This document shows, in pieces, positions 12,528 to 23,660 of a stretch of DNA of 64,000 nt. The position numbers and the translations under genes were made by a program. The notes beneath the pieces were generated by a model that saw nothing but the letters and a program-made list of their open reading frames with translations, was not told where the DNA came from and searched no databases. The stretch is from Blepharisma stoltei ATCC 30299 (taxonomy: Eukaryota; Protista; Ciliophora): assembly GCA_965603825.1 (NCBI GenBank), contig CBFDEM010000019.1, forward strand, positions 100,444-164,443, read 5' to 3'. Every line of letters begins with the position of its first letter. Within the stretch, counting starts at the first letter, position 1.

Positions 12528-13766
12528 ATGTCTGACGCTCAAAGGCCCAGAAAGCTTAACCCAAACTACAAACAAGAAAGCAACTGGCGACACAAAAAGC
12601 ATACAAATAACGCTTTTCATAAATATACACGAGAAGCCATTCTTAATGCTTATTACGAGTGTCCATTTCCAGCTGTGCCACTAACAGAAGCTGTCCTCCC
12701 TCTTTATTCATCACCACCGCTTCATCCTTTTATCGAAATGCATCCGAATTATCGTGAAGAGCTCGGAGATGAGATAAACAGCAGAAAGCCAGCGCCTAGA
12801 GAAAAGCAGGTCGAACAAGTGCCTGAATGGTATACTGAATCAGGGACAAAAGATGTCCCTTCACCTGATAAATCACCAACAGAACAAAATACAGCTGAGG
12901 CGAAGCCTGAAAAACCAGAAAATGGTGCAATTGACATTAATGATGTCCAAGATGAGTTCGGGAAAATCGACCTTGTGGTTGAGGAAAAATTGAAAACTCA
13001 GGTTGAAGAAGATGAAGCTTTCCCTGAATGGGATGAAGTGGATGACCCTGAAGCCAAAGATATAGAGGAGCCTTTTGAAAAGCCGAGCAAAAGCAATAAA
13101 GAAACCCAGCCACAAAGTAAACAGGAAGAGGCTTTACTGCAATCACAAATAAACCAACAAGCTTCACAGCCTTCTCAAAGTATACAGCCACAGCAGGCAT
13201 CTAAACTAATACCGTTTTATGACGCCAGTCTATTAACTTATCAGTGCTCAATAAAAAACCCTTTCGCTGTAACACTTGCTGAATGCGCTATGCTAGGAAG
13301 TGACAACTTAGCCTACTTCATGCCATTTTCCAAGCCTTTTGAAAAGTTTTGGTTCTACAAAGATTTAGCTAAAAAGGTACAAGGGCCGTTCTGCACAATT
13401 GAGATGTTCAATTGGTCAGTTCGAGGGTGTTTTCCGCCTGATTTAGAAATTGCTAAAGAAAACACAGAAAATTTTGTGCCAATGAATAACTTTTTCCTGC
13501 AACTTGCAAGCACGCCTCAACCAAAGAGTAATGAGCAGGCTAAAGAAGCAGAAATTAAGGTAAAAGAAAGCGAGCCTAAAGCAGCAGAAAAATCACAGCA
13601 GCCTGAGACAAAGTTTGGGAACACTTATAATGAGATGTTCCCAGCTTTTGAGCCTTCAAAGCATGAAGTTTCGAATAACAAAAGTAAGAGAAACGAAGAC
13701 AATGCATGGGAAGAAGTCAAAAAGAACAAGCCTAGTACAAAATCGACAAGAGGTAAAGCTAAATAA
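12528..13766 (+). CDS. GYF-domain protein (GIGYF/Smy2-like)
   Basis: WFYKDLAKKVQGPFCTIEMFNWSVRGCFPPDLEI is a GYF domain. N-terminal KYTREAILNAY resembles the Y-x4-L-phi eIF4E/4EHP-binding motif; the PEW motifs also occur in GIGYFs. Confidence 0.8.
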   Translation: MSDAQRPRKLNPNYKQESNWRHKKHTNNAFHKYTREAILNAYYECPFPAVPLTEAVLPLYSSPPLHPFIEMHPNYREELGDEINSRKPAPREKQVEQVPEWYTESGTKDVPSPDKSPTEQNTAEAKPEKPENGAIDINDVQDEFGKIDLVVEEKLKTQVEEDEAFPEWDEVDDPEAKDIEEPFEKPSKSNKETQPQSKQEEALLQSQINQQASQPSQSIQPQQASKLIPFYDASLLTYQCSIKNPFAVTLAECAMLGSDNLAYFMPFSKPFEKFWFYKDLAKKVQGPFCTIEMFNWSVRGCFPPDLEIAKENTENFVPMNNFFLQLASTPQPKSNEQAKEAEIKVKESEPKAAEKSQQPETKFGNTYNEMFPAFEPSKHEVSNNKSKRNEDNAWEEVKKNKPSTKSTRGKAK

Positions 13767-14115
13767 CTGCTTTTAAATATTTAAGAAAATTTTTTAAAAA
13801 TCTAAATATTCCCATTTTTCTCACTATTTATTTTCTGACAAAATTTTTTCCAGTTCCAATCTATTTTTCTACTGATTCTTTTAGCTCCTCTCTTCTGGTT
13901 TTTTACCCGCGACTTTGAGACTGTTTCCATTTAAATCTTTTTTTGGGCCACCTCCAAAAAATGTTAGCCCATCATTTTGGGTATCCATTTATAGCTCCAA
14001 CGTCTCTTAAATTCCTAATTTAAAAATTTACCGTAATTGCCAATTTTTTCTTATGACCCCAATACCCCATTCTTCCACAAACACTTTAGACCTTTTAACT
14101 AAACTACATTATAAA

Positions 14116-15054
14116 ATGATTTCAATGAGTTGTATTGAGTGCAAAGCGGTAGGAAGTATCATCGTTAATTCAAAAGAAGGAAATATAGTGTGTCAGTTAT
14201 GTGGGCGAGTTCAGGAGGACCGTATTATTGACGATACCCTAGAAACAAGAAATTTCTCGAAGGACGCCACATCAAGGGGTGGTGACGATACGAAAAGAGT
14301 GGGAGGCGCCAACATAGACTTGTTGTCAGATCGCGGCATATATACTGTAATTTCTGGAGGCCCAGATTCTGCTCTTTCCCGTTGGAGCCAACGTTCTTCA
14401 CAATCTGGACAAGACAAACAACTTGTGAGAGGCTTTGCAGCGATAGGTGAGCTGTGCAACAATTTACACTTAAATGACGTATGTGCAGAAGAAGCTAAGT
14501 TGATTTTTAAAAGAATCAGTGAAGAGAGAGGGCTTAAAGGGAGATCTTATCTAGCTATGGTCTCCGCTTGTGTCTTTATCGCCAGCAGGAAAAATAATCC
14601 AAGGTCAATCAGAGAAATCTCGAAAATCACGAATGTTGACCAAAAAGAAATTTTACGATGCTACTCCATGACAAAAAAACTCATCCCCACTGGAATGGGC
14701 GCAAATCGGTCTGCTGCTGACTACGCCCAGAGATTTGCGAATGAACTGAATTTTGCACCTTTACAGGTAAAAGCTGCGAAAACAATAGCTGAAAGGTCAA
14801 TTGAGCTGGAAATTCTCACTGGGAAGAGCCCACTTAGCATTGCAAGCGCTGCGGTGTGGATAGTGGGACAAATCCTGAACTGTGAGAAGACGCTAGCAGA
14901 GATCAGTGAAGCCTCAACTATGAAAGACATCACGATCAAAAATTGTGTCAAAGCAATGTGTGTCAGACTGATTGAGCTTATCAGAGGCTTTGAAGCTAAT
15001 GTTGACCAAAAGAAAATGGCTATGCTGACGAAGCATCAAGATTTCGAAAAATAA
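14116..15054 (+). CDS. TFIIB: Transcription initiation factor IIB
   Basis: Zn ribbon CIEC...GNIVCQLCG, then RIID...RVG B-reader/linker, then two cyclin repeats (LKGRS...SACVFIASR..PRS.REI; GKSPLSIASAAVW). The likely start is ATG 14116 rather than 14053. Confidence 0.92.
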   Translation: MISMSCIECKAVGSIIVNSKEGNIVCQLCGRVQEDRIIDDTLETRNFSKDATSRGGDDTKRVGGANIDLLSDRGIYTVISGGPDSALSRWSQRSSQSGQDKQLVRGFAAIGELCNNLHLNDVCAEEAKLIFKRISEERGLKGRSYLAMVSACVFIASRKNNPRSIREISKITNVDQKEILRCYSMTKKLIPTGMGANRSAADYAQRFANELNFAPLQVKAAKTIAERSIELEILTGKSPLSIASAAVWIVGQILNCEKTLAEISEASTMKDITIKNCVKAMCVRLIELIRGFEANVDQKKMAMLTKHQDFEK

Positions 15055-15454
15055 TCTCAGAATATATTTATTTAAATTTGTATTGGTAACTTATAAGTTT
15101 TTTTAAATTTTGCTAAGGAAAACCTAGGTTTTCTTGACACAAAATCCACAGAAAGATAGATTTTCGTAGAAATTGGAGAAATTAGTTGGTAAAGAAAAAT
15201 GGAAAGCAATCTTTTGTGCGTAAAAATATCAGAAACATTAAAATGGAGGACGAATATGCTATTTTGATGCGTTAATAGATCCACACAGAATTAAAATTCA
15301 TATATTAAAAAAAGCAACAACGGATTATTAGAATTAAAAATTAATTTTTAAAATAGCTAAATTCAAAAGTCCAGCTATCCAAATTTTCTCCACATTTTAA
15401 ATACATCCATCTTACCAGACTTATATAAAATCGCTCTTTCTTAAAATAAGAAAC

Positions 15455-15991
15455 ATGGGAAGTTTATTCTCTAAAAAGGGTTTTTCTAACAAAAGAGTAA
15501 CTATTATGCAGGCTCAACAGATAATTGAAGCTATCATAAACGATGACCCTTCTTTTGTATATATTCAAAGTGATTTAGATTTACGATTGGAAGCTGTATT
15601 TTTCATTTAGTATGACTGAACGCCTTTACACTTAGCAACATGACTTGGTAAACAAAACGCGATTCAGAAGCTATTGGAGCTTAGCCCAAATTTAAACATC
15701 ACAGACTGTCACGGAGAAACAGTGCTTCACTTGGCAGCATACACGAAATCAATTGAAACCTTCGAATGCTTAAAAAGTGTAGGCGCAGATACAACAATTG
15801 AAAATCATGCAGGTAAAAAGCATATAGGAGAAACCCCTTTTGATTTAGGAGATATGGCTAAGCAGAGCGTAGTTGCCTCTGAAGAAAAAACTCGAAAGAG
15901 CCACCATCATCTAAAACCTGTCAAAACAAAAAAATACTTTGCAGACTCTGACAGCGCATCTACTCAATCACAGAAAGTAGTTCCTGATTAA
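15455..15991 (+). CDS. Small N-myristoylated ankyrin-repeat protein
   Basis: Start MGSLFSKK. Introns 15596-15610 and 15813-15827. Spliced repeats YD(W)TPLHLAT(W)LG, HGETVLHLAA, NHAGETPFDL. Confidence 0.85.
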
Positions 15992-16206
15992 TTGGATTGC
16001 TTATTATAATAAACAAATAATCATTCTCTATAGCTGATTTTCTTTTTAACTGGATCAAAGAAAATTAACTGAAAAAACTTATATAAAATCCTGGTCAAGA
16101 TTATGAAGGGTAAAAATTGTGCAAAATCCTATTTATAGAGAAGAAATAAAATCCCTTGATTAACTAAATATGATTTTCATCAAATTCCTTTAAATTACAT
16201 AATTTA

Positions 16207-17400
16207 CTATTGATATATTTCTTGCTCCCCTCTGTTTTGATTCCTTCTGCCAGTTTTCTCAGCCTCAGCGTTTATCCCCACAACACTAGGTGCAGCAACC
16301 ACATGAGTTTCCAAGATTTTCCTTTCGCTATTCTCAATAGCTTCTTTTTGTTTTTTCTCAATATATTTTTTCAAGTCCTCTGTGTTGCTATTAACTTCTT
16401 CTTCATTGCTTTCATTTTCCTCTCTTGCAAAGGTTTCTACCTTCCTCCAGAGTCCTTTGTTAAAAAATGGAATTATAATATCAGGCATCTCAATTTCTTT
16501 TCCTTCTTCCATTTCTTGTATAACTTGAGCTTTAGCTCTATTAAGCTCTTCTATTTCTTCTACTATTACCCGAGCCCTGTTCCTTAATTCAATGATTTCT
16601 CTTTCGATATTTTCAGTTTCTTTATCAATGCTACTTGTAGGATTTCCATTAATATAAATATCAAAATTTTCATATTTAGGCAATTTTTTCTTTTTCATAG
16701 CAGGACATGTATCTTTTCCTGGGAAATTTGTGTGAAAAAAGAAGCTGATGTCACAAGACCCAGTGTCAAGCTCGTTTCCTTCTAAGCAGTATCCTCCATT
16801 CATGCACCAGCCACACTGCAAATCTCCTAAACAAGTTTCACAAGTATCATACTGCTTACAGCCAGTCCCAGAGCATCCATTATAGTCATAATAAGCGCAC
16901 TCACCGTTAAAAGGGCCATCTCCATCTCCGCCGACACAGATTTGTTCAGTCAAACACCAAACACAAAGAGGGTTATAAGCACATGCTTTACATGTGCGGA
17001 AACCTGAGCAGTCAGTTGCCAAATTGTTGGATTTTCTTAGTAAAGCATGGATTTGCATGTTGATTTCTGACAATTCGTCTTGTTTTTCTTGGATATCTGA
17101 AAGAATTAAAGACTCTAGGGCATAGGCAGTTGAAGATATTGAGGAGTCGATTTTCATGCCGAGAATTTGTAGGGAGGAGTTTATTTGGGACGCAAAAGAA
17201 GACAGAGAGGAGTCTGTTTGCTCAACTCCGACTGCGAGAGCACCTGAACTTGTAGAAACGCTTTCGACGTTTTCAGGGCCGACCTTGATTTTTTCTGGCT
17301 TTTCTTTGGAGAGAAAGGAATAAGCAAAAGAAGGGCTGCTTTCTTCGAGCTTTTGGCTTAAAATGTGAAATAAAAATAAAGCAAAAACAAATTGTCTCAT
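16207..17400 (-). CDS. Secreted PSI (plexin-repeat) domain protein with coiled coils
   Basis: Signal peptide; two PSI-like repeats (C..FRTCKAC..NPLCVWC...C and CKQYDTCETCLGDLQCGWC...C); flanked by E/K-rich coiled-coil regions. Confidence 0.75.
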   Translation of the reverse strand: MRQFVFALFLFHILSQKLEESSPSFAYSFLSKEKPEKIKVGPENVESVSTSSGALAVGVEQTDSSLSSFASQINSSLQILGMKIDSSISSTAYALESLILSDIQEKQDELSEINMQIHALLRKSNNLATDCSGFRTCKACAYNPLCVWCLTEQICVGGDGDGPFNGECAYYDYNGCSGTGCKQYDTCETCLGDLQCGWCMNGGYCLEGNELDTGSCDISFFFHTNFPGKDTCPAMKKKKLPKYENFDIYINGNPTSSIDKETENIEREIIELRNRARVIVEEIEELNRAKAQVIQEMEEGKEIEMPDIIIPFFNKGLWRKVETFAREENESNEEEVNSNTEDLKKYIEKKQKEAIENSERKILETHVVAAPSVVGINAEAEKTGRRNQNRGEQEIYQ

Positions 17401-17558
17401 TTCTCTTTAATTTAAATTTAAAAAGAGTTCTAACAGATTCTCTAGATTTACCATAACTCGTATATAATCGCTGATATCCGCCAAAAGAGCCACATTCTTA
17501 TATAACAATTTGCTATCTGCTATTAAATCTGCGAATCTAGAGGTTAGTTAAATATATC

Positions 17559-18998
17559 TTAATCCAGTTCTTTTCCTGTTTGAAATATTGTCAAAATTTC
17601 TTCCAAAGATTTCCCTTTAGTCTCAGGGAGTAACTTATACACCCAAAATCAGCTTATGACCCCAAACCCTGCCAGTATGATTCATATCCCAACTCTTCCT
17701 GCATCGAAAGAAATTGCTGACGCAAAAGTCATAGACACAACAAAGTTAGAGACCCAGTTCGCTGTTGTTGACGCACTTGTCGCTGCACTCCTTAAATTCA
17801 GAGGATAAATTTCCGAATTCACGATCCACGGACAAGTCCCCATGCCTACAGAAAAAAATAAAATATAGACCAACAAAGAAAAAACTGCGAGATACTGTAT
17901 AAATTCAACCACACTGAAAAAGGTGATAAAAACAAAGCTTGCGCCAAGTGACAATAAGAAAGTTACCATAAATGGAATTGTGTATAAAAGGGTCGATCTT
18001 CGGCCAAGCCTGTCTACATACCATACAGATATGAACGTTCCGACCATATTAGCAAATGCAATTGGGATACTTGCAATGATCGCTTCTCTTCCAGAAGAGT
18101 CAAAGCCTGCGACTTGCATGATCTGGGGACCATAATACATTGCTGTATTAATTCCACATAGCTGCTGCAAACATTGGAGTCCTATTCCGACCATTGCAGA
18201 CCTTTTGCAGTTTTTATAAAGCAGCTTAAACTGGTGCTTATATGAATGGTTTCCTTCCTCTTTAATTGACTGCATGATCCCTTTTACTTCTTCTTCAATA
18301 TATTCATATTTTCTATATAATAAACTGTACCTTATATGTAATAATGCTTTTAGCCCTTGTTCCAGCTTGCCGACTTTGTAAAGAAATCTTGGACTTTCTG
18401 GCAGAAAAAACATGCCAATAACTTGAATTATGGCTGGAATTGCACCGATGCCGAGCATTCATCGCCAGTGGTCTTCTAAGGAGAGACAGACACAGTATGC
18501 TATTAATTGGCCTGAAGTTGTAAACAATACGTTTATACTAACAATGGTTCCTCTCAGTTCCCGAGGAGCTGACTCTGCTAGATATATAGGGACCACCATG
18601 GCTGCAGAACCAACACCTAAGCCGACTATGAAGCGTCCTAGCATAAGCACCCATATATTAGGAGCGCTGGCCATCAGAATGGATCCTGTTACAAATGCAC
18701 AGTCTGCAGCAATTATGGTAGGTTTACGCCCTTTTATGTCAGATAAAGGCCCAGCTGCTAAGGCACCGAACATTGCGCCAATAACTGCTAGGCTGACAAC
18801 TGTTTCTAGGACGACAGGAGTTTTATAACCCAAGTCATCATAAATATAAAGATTAGCTCCTCCAATAATTCCGGTGTCATATCCAAACAAAAAACCTCCA
18901 ATAGCTGCAGTAATTGTCAGAATAATTAAAAATGTCGTGTTTTTCGGCGGATTTTCTCGCAAAAGTTCATTGTCTCCAGATCCGTCAGAAGAGTTCAT
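17559..18998 (-). CDS. MFS sugar porter, H+/myo-inositol cotransporter-like
   Basis: GGFLFGYDTG, D..GRK, ESAP..LRG, WR(TGA=W)MLG, PESPR, QQLCGINTAMYYG, DRLGRR, PWIVNSEIYP..R, PETKGKSLEEI. Possible 18-nt intron at 18313-18330. Confidence 0.93.
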
Positions 18999-19408
18999 TT
19001 TTATATTATTCTGAAATTTATTAATTAATTTGAGTTTATGGCTAGGCTAGATTCTTTTTAGCCTTATTAAAATTGCTTTAATATTGTTTTTGAATCAAGA
19101 AGTATAAAACTTATAAATAAGCTCTTTATTGTAAATTCTGCAATAGTGACTCTGATTAAGACTCCAAATAATTATTCAAAATTGTACTGACAAATGAAAT
19201 AAATCAAAAAGTGTATGATATTGGTTGATGAATCAAAGTTCAGAAAGGATGCATGCTATAGCGACAAATACTCAATTCTAATTGCATTAGGAATTTCTGC
19301 ATGATAAAATAAGTAGATAAATGATGTTGTCAGAAATTAATTTAAATTGGAAGAAAAATGGTAATTAAACTTTTAAATAGCCAAGTTCTTTAATTATCCA
19401 AAAAAAGT

Positions 19409-20485
19409 TTAAATGAAATATAAAGCTATTAGGCTTATAATTCTCAGTAAAGAGCTTGATGTCTCGTCTTGGTCTACAATTTTCTGCCAAAGTCCCCAAA
19501 AATTGGTGTTCATCACTTCCTTTACACAGTCTGTGTTTGCTTGAATTTTTGGGTATATTGAAACGTATAAATACTGGTAAGCCAATTCAACATAATCTGC
19601 AAAATAATTTTGCATGCATGGGCCGATATCTCTTCTTTCTGTGTTGCACAAATTAACTTCTTGGCTTGAAAGCCAAATCTGTTTTAAGGTTAAATATCGA
19701 GAATATGGCTGGTCTCCAGGGAAAAGCTCACAATAAGCGCTTGCATCTGCATTGTAGCCACAGCTGCAGTTAGAATAGTAATATCCTCCTACAAACCGAT
19801 CTGTCAGTGACATACAGTCTACATAGCTATTGCAAGTAATTGGAATAGAATTGACTGACACGACCTTATCCCCACAATAAGAAATCCCATTATTCTGAAT
19901 GCACAGCTCAGCAATACACAAAGGATTAATCCCGCTTACTGGACAATCCGCAATAATAGTCCCTGGCAGCAAGCTATAAGCATTCAAGCATCTTGCCTTG
20001 CTAGGATCTTGCCCACTTGTATAATTGCAAAGTGCTGAGTTCACACACATAAAATCATTTGTGCAGCCAGTTTTCCCTGCAAGTATCTGCTGCTGGCATT
20101 GTTTATTAGCCCCACAATACAATTGAGGGTTGCAGTCACTATTATCAGTGCATGCTTCTCCAACTGTTTTCCCTACACAGATATTCCCATTACATGTGCT
20201 GCCTGGCAAACAATTATCATTATTCGTGCATTTTTCGCCTGGCCAAGCTTGCTTTGTGGGCTTGACAGCAGCTTCACATTGGATAGGAGAATTTTCATTA
20301 TAGCTCACTGGGCAATACACAGTTGCATTGGGACAGGGCTGAATTCAATATGCCTCATCTGTGTGATTGAAGTAAAAGCAGGTATCTTTATTGACGTTCA
20401 TGTTGGTTGTGACACATTTATAAGGAGAGCAAGCATTCTGAGCTGTTGAAAAAATGATATATAAAGCAAATGCTAAAATTTTCAT
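19409..20485 (-). CDS. Cysteine-rich surface protein with signal peptide and GPI-signal-like C-terminus
   Basis: ATG 20485 gives MKILAFALYIIFSTAQNAC; one TGA=W; repeated G..C...C...C units; hydrophobic end SSSLLRIISLIALYFI. Confidence 0.85.
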
Positions 20486-20493
20486 TTTTAACA

Positions 20494-22626
20494 TTATTTA
20501 ATTTTCTTAGGCTTAAGCCTTACTGGGGAAGCCCTTCCTTGCTTGACTTCTTCAATTTCTTGCCGAGCCTTGATTATTTCTTCTTCTAGCTTGTCCTCTT
20601 TTCCAAGCTTTGAGTTCAGGCTTTTTACAATTTCCATTCCTAAGTGTCTTTGATATTCTTCTAGCAGCTGCTGCCGTTTGGATGGGTCAATTTTGGAGGA
20701 GTCCTTGTTGATTGCTTTTTTCAGATATTCCCTAAAAGTTTTTTCTATAAAATCGCCAAACTCAGCTGATTTATAAGAAGAATCGTAAGTTTCGAGCTTT
20801 GTAAAAGACTTGGAAAGTTCTGGGGATTCTTCAGATGTAAGGCTAGGAGACCTTGTGTAGTTTGGCTTAGGGTCACTGTGGATAGATTTTTTGACTGGAG
20901 TTTCTCTTTTGGGGGTTGTGTTTCTGCTTGTGATTGGGGTTGAATTTTTTGTGTCTTCCAGCTTGGAAACTTTTTTTATCACTTTTTTCTCTACTCGCAG
21001 AGGGGCTCTTTTGCTAGGAGACTGCTTGAGGATTTCTTTGGTCGTTTTCATGGTCTCATCAAGCTTTTTTTTAGCCATTGCAACAGGATCTTGCTCCCTT
21101 GTAAAGATTTTAGGAGTCTCTTGTCTTAGCACTGATACACTGGATTTTCGAGACAGCTCTTGGATGTCTACAACAGGGCTATATCCTCCATGGAAAACGT
21201 TGTCTTGAGAAATCGTCCTTTTGTGTTCACATCCAAAGGACTTGTCACTGACTGTCACATAGTTTACGTCAATTTTAGCTTCATGGCTAATTTTAGGGAC
21301 TTCTCTTATAGGAGAAGTTGATTTATGGACAGATCCTGACGCAGTTTTTACAATTTTTTTAGGTTGAATTTCCTTTACTGAAGGTTTTTCAAAGGTCGCT
21401 TCACATAGTTCTACAGTAGTGATCAAAAACTCATATAAAGCAAGTGCTGTACATGTTAAATCGCACTTTCTGACCTGGTCAACATTGATTTTATCAAGAA
21501 TTTCTCTAGCTTTTTTTATGTTAACTGCATAAAAATTACCTTGTGAAAATGCGTGGTTTTTTATGTACTCAAATGTTTTCCTTGTAGTTTGGACGACATG
21601 CCCAGGGTTTGCAGTCAATTTTACAACATTTTCTTTTACTCTTGAACTTAAAATTTTTCCTGAGGATAAAGTTTCAATATTTTTGTCAACTCCAGCGAAA
21701 ATTATCATGAAAGCATACGACAAAGCTTCAATTGTTTCGTCGTGAGCTACTAGTCGTCGCCAAAGCTATGTAAAAGTTACATTTACCATCCTAGGGGTGA
21801 TTTTCCCCATTTTTTCTGTCAAATCTGATATCAGCCGATCTTCACTTTTTAGGTTTTTCAGTGAAATTCTGGTAGCAAATCGTTGATTGTCAATAAATTG
21901 GTTATTTTGTATAATGCAGGCAGCTTCAGAGATTTTGTTTACGATAATCGTATAATGTTCTCTGTTTGGCCTTTCAATAATGTCATGCAGAATTTCGCTC
22001 ATTAAGCTATAAAACTCAATGGACATATCAGGAATTAGCTGATAGCAGTCATTAAGGACGTCAATCATAGAATAAGCCTTCATTGAGATCTCATTCGTGA
22101 TTTTTTTACTATTTGCAATTGATGTACACACATCAGATAAATATTTTTCTAAAATAATCAGACTAAAAGGAACAGTATTTTCCTTCATTTTTGGCTTTTT
22201 TATGTTTTTCGCCTCAAAAGTTGTCCAAGCGTCACTTTCACTTATGTGATGGCTAGGGAACTCATTTCTAAGAGCAGGAGTTATTGACCTAGTTTTTACA
22301 GCTGTTGTGGGGGTTGTTGCTCTTTTGTCTGGTCTTGGCTCTAGAGAAATCGGTTGAGGTGGCTGCCGTGGATTATAGTCGTGTATTTCATATGGAGTGT
22401 CTAACATCGACCTTATCGACAATAAGCTCTCTTGTGACGATGACGATTTCAATGTCTGCCCAGCCATCATATCTGGCTCTGTGCTCTGTATAAACCCTTT
22501 TGTAAGACTAGGGCTTTTTCTGCTGCAGGCCCTTTCCAGCAGCTTTTTCCTCGCAGCAGCTCTATCAGACTGTGCAGTCACTTCAGCATTTTTTATCACG
22601 TTAAGATTCGCAAGATTAATTTCCAT
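20494..22626 (-). CDS. Hypothetical protein (about 705 aa, S/T/P/K-rich, C-terminal coiled coil)
   Basis: ORFs 21766-22626 and 20494-21723 are joined by the 15-nt intron 21766-21780 (GTAACTTTTACATAG). Confidence 0.75.
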
Positions 22627-22700
22627 TTATAAGCTTCTTTTTTTAGAAGACACCCATATTACGATTTACAGAGAACAATTATCTGTTAATGGCTGTTCAG

Positions 22701-23627
22701 TTAGTTAAATGTCTTGTTTCTGTGATCTTCGCTACATAACTCATACTTTTGTTGCTGGTTAACCTCAGCGTCGTTCAATAGGTCGTCTACAAATTTCTCC
22801 TTGATCTGTTCTTCACTGTGTTGTTGCTCTACTGCGCTGGCCTCTTGAGTATAAGCCTGGTTCTGTCAATACGGGTCATAAGCTGGAGCCTGCTCGTAGT
22901 AGCCCATGTTATAGTAAGGGTACATCATATACGGCTGCCCCTGGTACCCTTGGGTAGAGTACATTTGGTTTTGGTACTGGTTCGTGTAAGGCTGGCTGGA
23001 GTACTGCGGGTTATAATAAGGCTGGTTGGTATAGCCTTGGTAGTTACCATATCTTTCTTCCTGCTGGTTGTGCTTTGGCATGGCCTTTTTGCATTCCACC
23101 CACTTGCCACTGATATAGTTGTTTTCGTTATTTTCGATGACTTTGTCAACGCTGTCTTCACTTACGAATGTGATGAAGCCGAACCCTCGGGGTCTGCCTG
23201 TTTCTCTGTCAAACATGACGACGCTGTCCTCAATTTGTCCGAACTGCTCGAAGAAATTAATGAACATCTCCTGCGTCACATCTGGAGGCAGCCCACCCAC
23301 AAAGATCTTTTTGGTCCGATATGGAGCAGGATTTTCAGTGATCGCAGCCGCGCCTTGTTCTCGTGGGACAGCGAGCTTGCAGTCGACTTTTTTGCCGTCA
23401 ATTAATTGTTCTTCTGCCAAGATGCTGTCAGCAGACTCGTTTTCTTTCATCGTGACAAATCCAAAACACCGTGATCGCCCAGACGCGCGATCCATCATCA
23501 AAATGCAGTCCTGGACTGTCCCGTACTTCTTGAAATGGCTCTGCAAGGTGTCTTTTGTCGTGTGTGGAGCGAGGCCGCCTACAAAAAGCTTCCGACTATT
23601 TGGAGATTACCTTCCTATGTCCTGCAT
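22701..23627 (-). CDS. Two-RRM RNA-binding protein (Musashi/DAZAP1/hnRNP A-like) with Y/Q/N-rich tail
   Basis: RKLFVGGL...SRCFGFVT and KKIFVGGL...PRGFGFITF (RNP2/RNP1). Intron 23596-23610 and probable intron 22732-22746; TGA=W at 22866-22868. Confidence 0.9.
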
Positions 23628-23660
23628 ATTTATCAAGTTATAGTTTATTTTTTCTTAGTA

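Noticed and set aside
14053-14115. 21-aa N-terminal extension of TFIIB in the ORF track
   Set aside because: Looks like promoter/UTR sequence; ATG 14116 has the typical aaaATG context just before the Zn ribbon.
15557-15570. 14-nt GTATATATTCAAAG as an intron in the ankyrin gene
   Set aside because: Wrong length, and the frame is already open without removing it.
22818-23643. Long plus-strand ORFs antisense to the RRM gene
   Set aside because: Shadow frames of a GC-richer, codon-biased gene; no recognisable motifs.
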